Shown here piece after piece: positions 22,017 to 33,610 of a stretch of DNA of 64,000 nucleotides; positions within the stretch are counted from its first letter, which is position 1; each line of letters starts with the position of its first letter. A program made the translations under genes and the position numbers. The notes under the pieces were generated by a model. It was given only the letters and a program-made list of their open reading frames with translations, did no database searches and was not told where the DNA came from. Origin of the DNA: Terriglobia bacterium (GTDB taxonomy: Bacteria; Acidobacteriota; Terriglobia; JAJPHL01; JAPKYU01); contig CBDCVK010000010.1 in the NCBI GenBank assembly GCA_965223005.1, positions 736,001 to 800,000 of the forward strand, written 5' to 3'.

Positions 22017-23633
22017 ATGACGGTAGCAGAAGCAATCATGGTTGAAGCATATGACCGAGGGTTACGTCACTTCTTCGGCATCCCCGGAGGTGGCGCGCCT
22101 TTGGATTTGATCGAGGCTGGGCGAAAGAAGGGCGTGAAGTTTGTCAATGTCAGCCACGAATCGTCTGCTGCAATTGCAGCAGCGTACAACGGTTCGCTGA
22201 AAAACAGTGCCGGTCTGGCAATGACCATTCGAGGGGTGGGAGCCGCGAATCTAGCTGGCGGGGTGGCCAACGTTTATTTTGAACGATTACCCGTCGTCGC
22301 CGTTTGCGAGGCTGCACCGAGATCGATGGCGCGGCGTGAAAGCGTACAGCATTGTGACCAGAAAATGCTGTTCGATGGAATTGGGAAATATCAGTCTGCC
22401 CTGACTCCCGAGACCGCTCGGGGAGCGATTCGGCAAGCTTTCTTTCAAGCTGGAGAGGGAAGGCCGGGCGCTGCCATTCTCCACCTTCCCTCAGACCTCG
22501 CTGGACACTTGGTTGAGGCAGAGCCTGCGGTGAGCAGTGCGGAGCCGGTGGCAGCGCCGAACTCGGCTGACTTGGCCAGGCTGGGAGAATTGCTCGGAAA
22601 GAAGCGTCGGTCCGTGGTCATGGCTGGGGCCGACGTTGCACGAGCCGGAGCGAGTGCGGAATTGCTGGATCTGGTTCAGACCATCGGTGCGGCTGTCCTG
22701 GTCACTATGGACGCGCGGGGAGTGTTTCCGGAATCCCATCCTCGCTGGGCCGGAGTCTTTGTGGGATCCCCCAACCCCAACGTGATCGAGACCCGAGTCC
22801 TGGATCAGGCAGATGTCGTCCTGCTCGCCGGCGTGGACGCCATGATGACCCATGGGCTCTGGAAGAGTGGTCTGCCAACCTGTGAGCTGGTGGCTCGACC
22901 CGAATACTCGACGCTGTCGGACTCCCCGGTCCTCCGTGTCAACGGCGATCTGAAATCCAGTCTCCGGGGACTGTCACTGTCCCCACAAGCTGGGTTTTCG
23001 GAAGATGAAGTGCAAGCGCTGCGGCGAGGAATCCTGGAGTACTTTAAAAGACCTTCCCAGGCCCGCTTTGCGGCACAAGACGTCATTGAGATCACCCGGG
23101 AGGTCCTGCCGCAGGATGGGGTTCTGTTGTCTGAGACCGGGGCCTTCCTCCCCATGCTCGAGCATCTTTGGCCCGTGGAGCGGTTGGGGACCTACTATGG
23201 AACATCCGGTGGACGAACCATGGGGCTCATGATCCCCGCAGTTCTCGGAGCGTGCCTGTCTGACCCCGAGCGGCCCATGATCGGACTTGGCGCGGATGGG
23301 AGCGCGTTAATGCGGCTGGGCGAGTTGGAGGTTTTTGCCAGAACAGGCGCGGCAGCACCGCTTGTTGTGATCAACGACAGGGCGCTGGGCACAATGAAGT
23401 CGAGGCAGCGCTCTCGCGGACTTCCTGATTTTGGCCTTGATCTCCACGGGGTGGACCTGGGAGGTGTCGCCGACGCGTGTGGCTTGCTGGGTGTAAAGGT
23501 AGAAACTCCCGAGGCATTCCGCAAGGAGTTGCGTCGGGCCATGAAGGCTGGGCGGACCACTTTGATCGACGCAAGGGTTGATCCGGGCCCATACCAGGAC
23601 AGCTTTGGCCCATCGATCGGAGTGCTGAACTAG
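22017..23633 (+). CDS. thiamine-diphosphate-dependent enzyme (acetolactate synthase-like family)
   Basis: FGIPGG, HESSAA, GRPGAAILHLP, GADGSALM..INDRALG; ATG at 22017 with GAGGAG. Confidence 0.9.
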   Translation: MTVAEAIMVEAYDRGLRHFFGIPGGGAPLDLIEAGRKKGVKFVNVSHESSAAIAAAYNGSLKNSAGLAMTIRGVGAANLAGGVANVYFERLPVVAVCEAAPRSMARRESVQHCDQKMLFDGIGKYQSALTPETARGAIRQAFFQAGEGRPGAAILHLPSDLAGHLVEAEPAVSSAEPVAAPNSADLARLGELLGKKRRSVVMAGADVARAGASAELLDLVQTIGAAVLVTMDARGVFPESHPRWAGVFVGSPNPNVIETRVLDQADVVLLAGVDAMMTHGLWKSGLPTCELVARPEYSTLSDSPVLRVNGDLKSSLRGLSLSPQAGFSEDEVQALRRGILEYFKRPSQARFAAQDVIEITREVLPQDGVLLSETGAFLPMLEHLWPVERLGTYYGTSGGRTMGLMIPAVLGACLSDPERPMIGLGADGSALMRLGELEVFARTGAAAPLVVINDRALGTMKSRQRSRGLPDFGLDLHGVDLGGVADACGLLGVKVETPEAFRKELRRAMKAGRTTLIDARVDPGPYQDSFGPSIGVLN

Positions 23634-23742
23634 CCAATCCCGCCGTCAGCTTCCGGAGTGGTTCGCAGGTCGCCCGGACAATGAGGTGGCTTACATCGCA
23701 GATCCGGATTAAGATGGCCTCCCGAGGGCAACTCCTTTCCCG

Positions 23743-26070
23743 ATGGACAGCAGAACAGTTTCGCACTACCGGATTCTGGAAAAGCTCGGCGGCGGCGGCA
23801 TGGGGGTGGTGTACAAGGCCGAGGATACCCGCCTGGGCCGTATGGTCGCCCTCAAGTTCCTACCCCCGGAGCTTTCCCGCGACCCTCAGGCCCTGGAGCG
23901 CTTCCGGCGTGAAGCCCGAGCCGCCTCCGCCCTGAACCACCCCAATATCTGCACCATCCACGACATTGATGAGTCCGAAGGTCAGCAGTTCATTGTTATG
24001 GAGCTGCTGGAGGGGTGGACGCTGAAGCATCGCATTGCGGGCAAGCCGATGGAGACGGAGCAGGTGCTGGAACTAGCTATCCAGATCGTCGATGCCCTGG
24101 AGGCGGCGCACTCCAAAAGAATCGTGCATCGGGACATCAAGCCGGCAAACTTGTACGTGACCTGGCGCGGCCAGGCCAAGGTCCTCGACTTCGGCTTGGC
24201 CAAGCTCGCGCCGGAACAGCCCGACGCGGAGCTACCTGGGCTCTCGAGTCTCCCGACAGCCTCGGTCGATGAACTAGTCACCATGCCAGGCGTGGCCATC
24301 GGGACGCTCGCCTACATGTCGCCGGAGCAGGCGCGGGGAGAGGAACTCGACGCCCGCACCGACCTGTTCTCCTTCGGCGCCGTGCTCTACGAAATGACCA
24401 CCGGCCGGCAAGCCTTTCCCGGCAACACTTCCGGGGCCCTGTTGGAGGCAGTTCTGAGCCGGGCCCCAAGCTCTGCCGCCCGCTTGAACCCGGAGTTGCC
24501 CCCAGAGCTGGAACGGATCCTCCAAAAGGCGCTGGAAAAAGACCGCAAGCTGCGGTACCAAACTGCCTCTGACCTGCTAGCTGACCTGAGGCGCTTGAAA
24601 CGCGATACGGACTCGGGACGGCTATCCACGTCCGGCGGACCGCCGGCCGCAGCACGCGCGCGGCCGCGACGGCGTGGCCGGGCGATCGATTCTCTGGCGA
24701 TCTTGCCCTTCCAGAATGCAAGTGGCGATCCAGACACCGAATATCTCAGTGATGGCATCACAGAAACCATCATCAACAGTCTCTCGCAACTTCCCAAGCT
24801 GCGCGTGGTGCCGCGGCCCACGGTCTTTCGCTACAAGGGCCGGGAGGTGGACCTACAAGCTGTTGGCCGCGAACTCGACACCCGGGCGGTGGTCGCCGGC
24901 AGGGTGCTTCAGCGGGGCGATACCCTGATCATCCGCGCGGAGCTGGTGGACGTGGCGAACGAGTCGCAGATCTGGGGCGCGCAATACAACCGAAAACTCT
25001 CCGACATCTTTTCCGTGCAGGAAGAGATTGCGAAAGAAATCTCTGAGAAATTGCGGCTCCGATTGACCAGCCACGAGAGGAAGCGACTCACAAAACGCTA
25101 CACGCAAAACGCCGAGGCCTACCAGTTCTACCTGAAGGGTCGCTACCACTGGAATCGGAGGACCGAAGAAGGCTTAAAGAAAGGTATTCAGTACTTCGAG
25201 CAAGCAATTGCCAAAGACCCGGGTTACGCTTTGGCCTACGCGGGGTTGGCCGACTGCAATGCCTTGTTTGGATGCGGCGGGTACGCCGGACTAGCTGAAA
25301 AGGAGGCAATGTCAAAAGCCAGCGCCGCCGCGGGGACGGCGCGTGAAATAGATGACACGCTCGCCGAAGCCCACACTTCGGTGGCCTTTGTGAAGTTTCG
25401 TTTCGAATGGGACTGGCCGGAAGCCGAAAGAGAGTTCAAGCGAGCCATTGAGCTCAACCCAAAGTATCCGACCGCCCGCCACTGGTATGCCACGTACTTG
25501 ATGGCGATGGGGCGCTCGGAGGAAGCCTTCGCAGAGATTAAACGGGCGCAAGAACTCGATCCTCTCTCCCTTACCATTAGCGCGGGTGTGGGACGGCTTT
25601 TGGGCGTTGCGCGCCAGTACGACAGAGCCATAGAGCAACTCCAAAAGACGATCGAGATGGACCCAAATTTCGTCCGTGCGCGTTTTGACCTGGGATTAAT
25701 GTACGCGGAAAGCGGCAGGTATGACGAGGCCTTTGCCGAGTTTCAAAGTGCGATAAACATTTCAGGGAGTACCATAGAAATTTTACCGGCGCTCGGATTC
25801 GCGTATGGCCTGGCAGGCAGAAGAACCGAGGCGTTGAAGGTATTGGAAGAGCTGAACGAGCAATCAAAGCGGAGGCATGTCTCCGCGTTTCTCATTGCCG
25901 TTGTTTATATTGGCCTCGGCGAGAAGAATCAGGCGCTAGACTGGCTGGAAAAGGCCCGTGAGGAGCATAATAACTCCCTCCCCTTTCTCAATGTGGACCC
26001 ACTTTTCGACAGCCTGCGCTCCGACCCGCGCTTCCAGGACCTGCTGCGACGCATAGGCCTGCCACCGTAG
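23743..26070 (+). CDS. Hanks-type Ser/Thr kinase with TolB-like and TPR domains
   Basis: [30 protein letters not shown]; [15 protein letters not shown]; TPR repeats; [16 protein letters not shown]. Confidence 0.96.
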   Translation: MDSRTVSHYRILEKLGGGGMGVVYKAEDTRLGRMVALKFLPPELSRDPQALERFRREARAASALNHPNICTIHDIDESEGQQFIVMELLEGWTLKHRIAGKPMETEQVLELAIQIVDALEAAHSKRIVHRDIKPANLYVTWRGQAKVLDFGLAKLAPEQPDAELPGLSSLPTASVDELVTMPGVAIGTLAYMSPEQARGEELDARTDLFSFGAVLYEMTTGRQAFPGNTSGALLEAVLSRAPSSAARLNPELPPELERILQKALEKDRKLRYQTASDLLADLRRLKRDTDSGRLSTSGGPPAAARARPRRRGRAIDSLAILPFQNASGDPDTEYLSDGITETIINSLSQLPKLRVVPRPTVFRYKGREVDLQAVGRELDTRAVVAGRVLQRGDTLIIRAELVDVANESQIWGAQYNRKLSDIFSVQEEIAKEISEKLRLRLTSHERKRLTKRYTQNAEAYQFYLKGRYHWNRRTEEGLKKGIQYFEQAIAKDPGYALAYAGLADCNALFGCGGYAGLAEKEAMSKASAAAGTAREIDDTLAEAHTSVAFVKFRFEWDWPEAEREFKRAIELNPKYPTARHWYATYLMAMGRSEEAFAEIKRAQELDPLSLTISAGVGRLLGVARQYDRAIEQLQKTIEMDPNFVRARFDLGLMYAESGRYDEAFAEFQSAINISGSTIEILPALGFAYGLAGRRTEALKVLEELNEQSKRRHVSAFLIAVVYIGLGEKNQALDWLEKAREEHNNSLPFLNVDPLFDSLRSDPRFQDLLRRIGLPP

Positions 26071-26156
26071 GCTCCTGGCTTGCCTCGCTCCTCCGTTCCG
26101 CCTAAGGGTTTCCTAGCTTCGCGGGTGTTCGACTGAGTTTATGAAGAGAGTCATCC

Positions 26157-28040
26157 ATGCCTGATAAACCCATGCCCGATAAACGGCGGCGATATCGTTT
26201 CCTGACGATAGCGGTCCTTGCCTTCCTGGGCTTGCTGACGGCAGCCTGGCTCGCGCGCATGTCGCATGCCGAGGAAAAGCCCACGGCCAGCGAGGCCCAG
26301 GCGTTCCTCGAGCAGGCGGAAGGTCGCCTACTCGAGCTCTGGGTCAAAGCCTCGCGAGCCTCCTGGGTGCAGGCCAACTTCATCACCGAGGACACCGAGC
26401 GGTTGGCCGCCGCCGCTCACAAGGACGTCCTCGCCGCCACCACTGAACTGGCCCATGCCGCCACTCGCTTCGACGGATTGGCGCATTCTCAAAGTGTGGC
26501 CGACGACGTGGCCCGCAGGTTGAAACTGCTCAAGCTGTCACTGACGCTGATGGCCCCCAACGTCCCGGCCCAGCAGAAGGAGCTGACTGACATCGCTGCC
26601 TCGCTGGAGAGCGATTACGGAAAAGGGCGCTATTGCCCGGATGGGAAACAAGGCGAGTGCCTCGACCTGAGCCAGATGCGACGCATCCTGGCCAACAGCC
26701 GCGACGCGGAGAAGCTGCGCAAGGTCTGGGTCGGCTGGCGGACCGTCTCACCGCCGATGCGTCCCCGCTACCAGCGCCTGGCGGAACTGGCCAACCAGGG
26801 CGCGCGTGAACTGGGCTTCGCCGACCTGGGCGTGCTCTGGCGCTCCAAGTACGACATGCCCCCGGACGAGTTTACCGCGGAGGTTGAGCGGCTTTGGCAG
26901 CAGGTCCGGCCCCTCTATGAAGCGCTGCATGCCCACGTCCGCGCCTCGCTGGCTAGCCAGTATGGCAGTGACCTGGTTCCCGAGGATGGCCTGATCCCGG
27001 CGCACCTGCTCGGCAACATGTGGAGCCAGGAATGGAGCAACATCTACCCGCTGGTGGCCCCCAAGCAGAGTGACCCTGGCTTCGACCTCACGGCCCTGCT
27101 GCGCGCCAAGAAAGTGGACGAGCGGGAGATGGTCCGCTACGGCGAGCGTTTCTTCCTTTCGCTGGGCTTTGAGCCGCTGCCCGAGACCTTCTGGCAGCGC
27201 TCGCTGTTCACCAAGCCGGCCGACCGCGACGTGGTCTGCCATGCCAGCGCCTGGGACATTGACTTCGACCAGGACCTGCGCATCAAGATGTGCATCGAGA
27301 TTGTCGCCGAGGATTTCTACACCATCCATCACGAGCTGGGACACAACTTCTACCAGCGCGCCTACCGGCAGCTGCCGATGCTCTACCGCGACGGCGCCCA
27401 CGACGGCTTCCACGAAGCCGTCGGCGACGCCATCTCCCTGTCCATCACACCGTCGTACCTGAAACAGATTGGGTTGCTGGATAAGGTGCCAGACCAGCGC
27501 GCTGACCTTGGACTGCTAACGAAGCTGGCCCTGGAGAAGATTGCCTTCCTCCCCTTCGGCCTGCTGATAGACCAGTGGCGCTGGAAGGTTTTCTCGGGCG
27601 ACATCCGCCCCGCTGACTACAACACTGCCTGGTGGGAGCTAAGGAAACGCTACCAGGGCATCGCGCCCCCGGTACCACGCAGCGAGGCCAACTTTGACCC
27701 CGGAGCCAAGTATCACATTCCCGCCAACGTTCCCTACACCCGCTACTTTCTGGCCACCATCCTTCAGTTCCAGTTCCATCGCGCACTGTGCCGCGAGGCC
27801 GGCTACGAGGGGCCCCTGCACCGCTGCTCCATCTACAACAACAAGGCAGCGGGCCAGAAGCTCCGCAACATGCTCGCCCTGGGCCAGAGCCGTCGCTGGC
27901 CCGACGCCCTCGAAGCGCTCACCGGCCAACGCCAGATGGACGCCACGGCCATCCTTGATTACTTCGCCCCGCTGAAACGCTGGCTCGACCAACAGAACAA
28001 GGCGCGAAAAGTCGGATACCGCCAGCAGGGCGCTTCTTGA
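26157..28040 (+). CDS. M2 family peptidyl-dipeptidase (ACE-like metallopeptidase)
   Basis: [40 protein letters not shown]-terminal signal/TM segment. Confidence 0.96.
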   Translation: MPDKPMPDKRRRYRFLTIAVLAFLGLLTAAWLARMSHAEEKPTASEAQAFLEQAEGRLLELWVKASRASWVQANFITEDTERLAAAAHKDVLAATTELAHAATRFDGLAHSQSVADDVARRLKLLKLSLTLMAPNVPAQQKELTDIAASLESDYGKGRYCPDGKQGECLDLSQMRRILANSRDAEKLRKVWVGWRTVSPPMRPRYQRLAELANQGARELGFADLGVLWRSKYDMPPDEFTAEVERLWQQVRPLYEALHAHVRASLASQYGSDLVPEDGLIPAHLLGNMWSQEWSNIYPLVAPKQSDPGFDLTALLRAKKVDEREMVRYGERFFLSLGFEPLPETFWQRSLFTKPADRDVVCHASAWDIDFDQDLRIKMCIEIVAEDFYTIHHELGHNFYQRAYRQLPMLYRDGAHDGFHEAVGDAISLSITPSYLKQIGLLDKVPDQRADLGLLTKLALEKIAFLPFGLLIDQWRWKVFSGDIRPADYNTAWWELRKRYQGIAPPVPRSEANFDPGAKYHIPANVPYTRYFLATILQFQFHRALCREAGYEGPLHRCSIYNNKAAGQKLRNMLALGQSRRWPDALEALTGQRQMDATAILDYFAPLKRWLDQQNKARKVGYRQQGAS

Positions 28041-28073
28041 GGAGGAAGCAGCGCGGCGCGCCGCTTCCACCGT

Positions 28074-28538
28074 TCAGCACCCTTCCAGCGCCGCATATTT
28101 GTCGAACGTGCTGGTCCAGCCCTCGACGTGCCGGTCGCGCTGCTCGGCGCTTGCGAATCGCGTGTGCGTGAGCACCACCTCGGTCGCGCCGCCAAGATCG
28201 CGGAACTCCACCGTCACCAGGGTCTCGGTGGGATCCATCTCCTTGCCCTCCCACGCCCAGGTAAATACCAGCCTTTCCGGCGCAGCGACTTCCCGGTAGG
28301 TTCCGCCCACGTGGAAGACTTCACCGTCCGGAACCTTCTTCATGCCGATGCGATAGTGGCCGCCGACGCGCAGGTCCACTTCGGCGATGACCGCCACGTG
28401 CCCCACCGGCCCAAACCACTTCTTCAGTTCTTCCGGCTCCGTCCAGGACCGGAACACCACATCGCGCGGTGCAGAGAATCTTCGGTTCAGGCGCAGACTC
28501 GTTTCTTCGGCTTGCTGCTGTGCTGTCGCTTTCGTCAT
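28074..28538 (-). CDS. SRPBCC/AHSA1-like protein
   Basis: RRFSAPRDVVFRSWTEPEELKKWFGP..DLRVGG..PERLVFTW..HVEGW. Confidence 0.93.
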   Translation of the reverse strand: MTKATAQQQAEETSLRLNRRFSAPRDVVFRSWTEPEELKKWFGPVGHVAVIAEVDLRVGGHYRIGMKKVPDGEVFHVGGTYREVAAPERLVFTWAWEGKEMDPTETLVTVEFRDLGGATEVVLTHTRFASAEQRDRHVEGWTSTFDKYAALEGC

Positions 28539-28894
28539 CTTTGCTCCTCCTGTTTCGATGGGACTTCCTTATGCTTCTCTTCCAAGTGTGCCGCCAGCCG
28601 GTCAAGCTGTCCCTCCCAAAAGCGCTTGTGGCGGCCGGTCCATTCGGCGGCTTCCTTGAGGGGGTCGGCCACAAACTGGCACCGTTGGTTCCGGCCCTCC
28701 TTTCGCCGCACGACGAGTCCCGCCCTTTCCAGCACGCGAATGTGTTTGGAGATTGCGGGAAGCGAGATCGGGAACGGCTCGGCAAGCTCGCTCACGTAGC
28801 AGTCGCCCCCGGCCAGACGAAGCAGGATCGCGCGTCGGGTCGAGTCGGCAAGGGCACCGAAGGTTTGATCGAGGGAGGCCAAATGCTTAACCAT
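28535..28894 (-). CDS. ArsR/SmtB-family transcriptional regulator
   Basis: LDQTFGALADSTRRAIL..SLPAISKHIRVLERAGLV; ATGA overlap with the SRPBCC gene. Confidence 0.93.
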   Translation of the reverse strand: MVKHLASLDQTFGALADSTRRAILLRLAGGDCYVSELAEPFPISLPAISKHIRVLERAGLVVRRKEGRNQRCQFVADPLKEAAEWTGRHKRFWEGQLDRLAAHLEEKHKEVPSKQEEQR

Positions 28895-28929
28895 ATGGTT
28901 AACTATAGCATGCTTCCTCCACCTGTCAA
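28887..28929 (-). promoter_or_regulatory. promoter and palindromic operator of ArsR-SRPBCC pair
   Basis: Perfect 16-bp palindrome TTAACCATATGGTTAA (28887-28902) spanning the ATG; TTGACA-16 bp-TATAGT on the minus strand. Confidence 0.8.
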
Positions 28930-29024
28930 GACTCTGCATGCGGTAATAAAGAGGGGTTGCTTTTGACTCGCAGGGGGGTGCCAGCTGAAGCTGCTAAGTG
29001 TTTACAGGGGGCGAGGCACAACTA

Positions 29025-29978
29025 CTACGAACGTAGTATAACGTCGTAGAGATGCATCAATTCTTTCGCGGAGTGGTACTCAATCAGCAGGGCCCCCTTG
29101 TTGGGTGTGCCAGAGAGGCGGACGCGGGTGCCCAGGGCGCGCTCCAGTTCCAGCAGCGCGGCGCGGGTGTTGGCGTCCCACTGCTTTGCTTTGGGCGGCT
29201 TGGGTGGAGCAACACCTCCGCGTTTCGAGAACTTCGCGACTAGTTTTTCCGCCATCCGAACCGAGAGGTCGCGGGAGGCGATCTGATCCGCCAGCCAGCA
29301 CTGGGTATCAGCCGACGCTAGCCCGAGCAGCGCCTTGGCATGGCCCACCGACAGCTTACCTTCGGCCAGCAGTTCCTGCACCTCGGCGGGAAGCTTCAGC
29401 AGGCGAATATGATTGGTGATGGTGGCGCGATCCTTGCCGGTGCGCCGGGCCACTTCCTCGTGCTTCAGGCCGAACTCGCGGGTCAGGCGCTCGAAAGCAG
29501 TGGCGGCCTCAAGCGGGTTCAGGTCTTCGCGCTGCAGGTTCTCGACGAGGGCCAGCTCCAGCGACTGCTCCTTCCGGACTTCCTCGACCAGCGCCGGTAC
29601 CATGTGCAGTCCCGCCAGTTGTGCCGCGCGCCAGCGCCGCTCCCCGGCCACCAGTTGAAACTTGCCCCGCCCCGAGGTGGAAGTGCCGGTGGGAGTGACA
29701 ATGATGGGTTGGAGCAGACCGTGAGCGCGGATGGATTCCGCCAGCTCCTCCAGGCTGCTTTTTGGAAACTTCTTGCGCGGCTGGTTGGGGTTGGGCTCGA
29801 TGGCTTCCAGCGGAATCTGGCGCAGGTTGGGTCCCGCACCTGCGGCTGGGCCGGGAACGATCCCCGGAGGCGTAGGCGGCCCGCCGGTCGTCGTGCGCGA
29901 CTCCAGCAGCGCGCCCAGCCCGCGCCCCAAAACCTTACGCCGTTGCCGATCGCTGACCGTCAATTCCAGGTTGGCCAT
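29025..29978 (-). CDS. parB: chromosome partitioning protein ParB
   Basis: LGRGLGALL, PNPNQPRK, GLLQPI, AGERRWRA, ENLQREDLNP. Confidence 0.97.
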   Translation of the reverse strand: MANLELTVSDRQRRKVLGRGLGALLESRTTTGGPPTPPGIVPGPAAGAGPNLRQIPLEAIEPNPNQPRKKFPKSSLEELAESIRAHGLLQPIIVTPTGTSTSGRGKFQLVAGERRWRAAQLAGLHMVPALVEEVRKEQSLELALVENLQREDLNPLEAATAFERLTREFGLKHEEVARRTGKDRATITNHIRLLKLPAEVQELLAEGKLSVGHAKALLGLASADTQCWLADQIASRDLSVRMAEKLVAKFSKRGGVAPPKPPKAKQWDANTRAALLELERALGTRVRLSGTPNKGALLIEYHSAKELMHLYDVILRS

Positions 29979-30732
29979 GAGCGATGATCTCCTTTGCCAG
30001 GCGGATGTAGCTTTCGGCTCCGCGCGAGCGCACGTCGTAAAGCAAGATCGGCTTGCCGAAGCTGGGGGCTTCGGCCAAACGCACATTTCGCGGGATGGTG
30101 GTCGTGAATATCTTGTCGCCGAAGTATCCGCGCAGATCCTCAGCTACCTGCCGCGAGAGGTTGGTGCGCTCGTCGTACATGGTGAGCAGCACCCCCTCGA
30201 GCGCCAGCGCGGGGTTGAAGGCCTGCCGGATGCGCTCCACCGTATCCAACAGCTCCGCGACTCCTTCGAGCGCGAAGTACTCGCATTGGATGGGAGCCAG
30301 CACCGCATCGGCTGCCACCAGGGCGTTCAGGGTCAGCAGATCCAGGGCCGGCGGGCAGTCAATCACAATGTAGTGGTATTCGGAGCGGAGCGGGCCCAGC
30401 AGACGGGCCATCTGGTGCTCACGGGCTTCCTCGTCGATCAGCTCCAGATTGGCCCCGATCAGGTTCTTGTCGGACGGCACCAGCCAAAGGCCCTGCAGCT
30501 CGGTCTCGAGCACCACCTCGTCGAGCGAAGCCTTGCCCAGCAGCGCGTCGTAGAGGGTGAGGCGCTTCTGATTCTTGCGAAAGCCCAGCCCGCCCGTCGT
30601 GTTGGCCTGGGGGTCACAGTCCACCAGCAGGACGCGGCACTCGGCCGCGGCCAGCGAAGCGGCTAGGTTGATGGCGGTGGTGGTCTTGCCAACGCCGCCC
30701 TTCTGGTTAGCAATCGCGATCACGCGGGCCAT
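29935..30732 (-). CDS. parA: chromosome partitioning ATPase ParA/Soj
   Basis: NQKGGVGKTTT, DCDPQAN, IDCPP, QCEYFALEG, RNVRLAEAPSFG. Confidence 0.97.
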   Translation of the reverse strand: MARVIAIANQKGGVGKTTTAINLAASLAAAECRVLLVDCDPQANTTGGLGFRKNQKRLTLYDALLGKASLDEVVLETELQGLWLVPSDKNLIGANLELIDEEAREHQMARLLGPLRSEYHYIVIDCPPALDLLTLNALVAADAVLAPIQCEYFALEGVAELLDTVERIRQAFNPALALEGVLLTMYDERTNLSRQVAEDLRGYFGDKIFTTTIPRNVRLAEAPSFGKPILLYDVRSRGAESYIRLAKEIIAHGQPGIDGQRSATA

Positions 30733-30844
30733 GGAATCTCGGACTAGGCCAATCTCAGGATTGAATGTTTAAAACAAATTCATTAACTAATGTAGCACCT
30801 TGCCATGCCGATTGCAAGCAGCAACCCTGCCGCAACCTCAATAA

Positions 30845-30860
30845 TGTTCCACGTGGAACT
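30845..30860. promoter_or_regulatory. parS site
   Basis: TGTTCCACGTGGAACT, 15/16 match to parS TGTTCCACGTGGAACA, just upstream of parA. Confidence 0.88.
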
Positions 30861-31531
30861 TATCGGGCCTGGGCCTGAGCCTGGCCCACCAGAATCACCC
30901 GACGCTGCGAACCGGGTACTGTCACAGGCTCCCTCCACGCAAAGCTGCTTACCTTGCTGGCCCGCTCCGCATCGGCTGCTCCCAAAAACAACGCCACCTG
31001 ACCCTTGGGGAGAAGAAGCTGTCGCAGCAGTGGCAGCAACCGGTCAAGACGCCCCACGGCCCGCATGGTAAGCCAGCGGCCCAATTCGCGGTCCGGGCGG
31101 CGCGCCAGCTCCTCGGCGCGCGCCGCTTCGACGCGGACCTCCTGCAAGTCAGCCGTGCGAACTACCTCCTTCAAGAACGCCGCCTTTTTCTGCACCGATT
31201 CCATCAGGACCACTTGCATCTCGGGATGAGCGGCCTTCAGTGGCAGCCCGGGAAACCCGGCTCCCGAGCCAACGTCGTAGAGTAGCCCGCGTCCCAGTGG
31301 CATCACTGTGGTGAGGAATAGTGATTCGACAAAGTGTCGGCGCAGAATTTGCCTGGGGTCACGAACGCCGGTCAGGTTGACCCTGCGGTTCCAGCGAATC
31401 AGTAGTTCAAAGTGAGTGCGAAGAACTCGAAGCGCAGGCTCGTCGAGGGTGACGCCAACCTCGGCCAACATGGTGGGAAGCTCTCGCAGCGCGGCGCCTT
31501 CGGAGCCCTCAGGCGGCTGAGTGCGTGCCAT
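30860..31531 (-). CDS. rsmG: 16S rRNA m7G527 methyltransferase
   Basis: [38 protein letters not shown]. Confidence 0.95.
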   Translation of the reverse strand: MARTQPPEGSEGAALRELPTMLAEVGVTLDEPALRVLRTHFELLIRWNRRVNLTGVRDPRQILRRHFVESLFLTTVMPLGRGLLYDVGSGAGFPGLPLKAAHPEMQVVLMESVQKKAAFLKEVVRTADLQEVRVEAARAEELARRPDRELGRWLTMRAVGRLDRLLPLLRQLLLPKGQVALFLGAADAERASKVSSFAWREPVTVPGSQRRVILVGQAQAQAR

Positions 31532-33455
31532 CGGGCTTGCCGCGCGCCGCGCCTTCCAGGCACACGTTGAGGATGGCGAGGGCGGCTGGGGTGATGCCAG
31601 GAATGCGACCAGCCTGTCCCAGCGTCAGCGGTCGGACGCGCGTCAGCTTCTCGGACACCTCGCGAGAGATGCCGGGAATCCCGCCGTAGTCGAAGCTTTC
31701 CGGGATGCGCCGTCCCTCGCCTCTCTTCAGGCGCTCCATCTGCCGCTGTTGCTGGTTCAGGTATCCCTCGTACTTCACATCAATCTCGGCGCACTTCAAT
31801 TCCAGTTGGGCGACGGGCTCGCCCAGGGCGCGGCGCAGCATCTCGGCCATGTCTTCGATCGAGACCTCGGGGCGCCGCAGCAACTGCGCCAGCGTGGGCC
31901 GCTCGGCCCAGGCCGCAGCGCCGTCCAGCTTGGCCAGTAGCCGGGCGCAGAGAGCATCGCGCGGGTCGGCCCGCAGCTCGCTGAGCAAACCGATGGCACG
32001 CGCGATGCGCTTCTGCTTGGCCAGAAACTCGCGGTAGTGCGGCTCGCTCACCAGCCCGGCGCGGTAGCCCAGCGGGGTCAAGCGGTAGTCGGCGTTGTCA
32101 ATCCGCAGGTGCAGGCGAAACTCGGCCCGCGAGGTGAACATGCGGTAGGGCTCGTTGGTCCCTTTGGTCACCAGGTCATCAATCAGGATGCCGGTATAGC
32201 CCTGCGCGCGGTCCAGCACCAGCGGCTCGCAGCCCTTCACTTTCAGTCCGGCGTTGATGCCGGCCATGATGCCCTGGCAGGCGGCTTCCTCGTAGCCAGA
32301 GGTGCCGTTGATCTGGCCGGCTAGAAACAGCCCCGAGATTTTCTTGGTCTCCAGCGTCGGATAGAGTTCCGTAGGATCCACCGAGTCGTACTCGATGGCG
32401 TAGCCGGGCCGGATCATTTCGGCATTCTCCAGACCCGGCACGGAGGCCACCATCGCTGACTGCACGTCAATCGGCATGCTGGTGGACATGCCGTTGACGT
32501 AGATCTCATGCGTGTCCAGACCCTCGGGTTCCAGGAAAATCTGGTGGCGCTCCTTGTCGGGGAACTTCACGATCTTGTCTTCCATCGAAGGACAGTAGCG
32601 GGGGCCAATCCCACGGATCTGGCCGCTGTACAGCGGCGAACGATGGATATTTGCCTGGATCACCCGGCGCGTCTCCTCGCTGGTGAAGGCAATGTAGCAG
32701 GGGAGCTGCTCCCGCTCGATGGCCGACGTGCGAAACGAGAACGGCACCGGCTCCGGGTCTCCGTGCTGCGGCTGGAAGCGGCTCCAGTCAATGGAGCGGC
32801 CATCGAGCCGCGGCGGCGTGCCCGTCTTCAACCGCGCCGTGCGGAATCCCAGCAACTTAAGTGCCTCGCCTAGCAACTGTGACGGGGCCTCGCCGCCGCG
32901 CCCTGCCGGGTAGGTCGTTTCGCCCACATGGATCAGCCCGTTCAAGAACGTGCCTGTCGTAATGACCACGGCATCGGCGCGGAACAGGCGCCCGTCGCGG
33001 AGCCGGACGCCACGCAGCTTATTTACTACTGAGTTAGTAGATAATCTCCCGGGCTCATCGAGCACCAGGTCGGCTACCTCGGCCTGCTTAATCTTCAGGT
33101 TGGGCTCCGACTCCAGCACCTGCCGCATCTTGATCCGGTACTGCTTCTTGTCGCACTGCGCGCGCGGCGACCACACGGCCGGACCGCGGCTGGTATTGAG
33201 CAGGCGAAACTGGATGCCTACCGCATCGGTCACCTCACCCATGATGCCGCCCAGCGCGTCCACCTCGCGAACCAGGTGGCCTTTGGCAATGCCGCCCACG
33301 GCAGGGTTACACGACATCTGAGCGATCAGATCCAGGTTGATCGTGCACAGCGCCGTTTTCAGGCCCATGCGCGCGGTGGCCATGGCCGCCTCGCATCCGG
33401 CATGCCCGGCGCCAATCACCACCACGTCATAGCTTTCGCTGAACTCAGGAGGCAT
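31509..33455 (-). CDS. mnmG: tRNA U34 carboxymethylaminomethyl modification enzyme
   Basis: [51 protein letters not shown]. Confidence 0.98.
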   Translation of the reverse strand: MPPEFSESYDVVVIGAGHAGCEAAMATARMGLKTALCTINLDLIAQMSCNPAVGGIAKGHLVREVDALGGIMGEVTDAVGIQFRLLNTSRGPAVWSPRAQCDKKQYRIKMRQVLESEPNLKIKQAEVADLVLDEPGRLSTNSVVNKLRGVRLRDGRLFRADAVVITTGTFLNGLIHVGETTYPAGRGGEAPSQLLGEALKLLGFRTARLKTGTPPRLDGRSIDWSRFQPQHGDPEPVPFSFRTSAIEREQLPCYIAFTSEETRRVIQANIHRSPLYSGQIRGIGPRYCPSMEDKIVKFPDKERHQIFLEPEGLDTHEIYVNGMSTSMPIDVQSAMVASVPGLENAEMIRPGYAIEYDSVDPTELYPTLETKKISGLFLAGQINGTSGYEEAACQGIMAGINAGLKVKGCEPLVLDRAQGYTGILIDDLVTKGTNEPYRMFTSRAEFRLHLRIDNADYRLTPLGYRAGLVSEPHYREFLAKQKRIARAIGLLSELRADPRDALCARLLAKLDGAAAWAERPTLAQLLRRPEVSIEDMAEMLRRALGEPVAQLELKCAEIDVKYEGYLNQQQRQMERLKRGEGRRIPESFDYGGIPGISREVSEKLTRVRPLTLGQAGRIPGITPAALAILNVCLEGAARGKPDGTHSAA

Positions 33456-33610
33456 TCCGTTTATCTTATCCTGCCCGAGGAAAACACCCAACTGTTCTCA
33501 CGTCTCGGTAGTGGGTCAATTTACGGTGGGCGTTATACATCCAAGTGGCGCACCGCTGAGCGGGTGGGCGTGTGATCATTTCCGCGTGCGCCGTCATGCG
33601 AGAATGGGAT

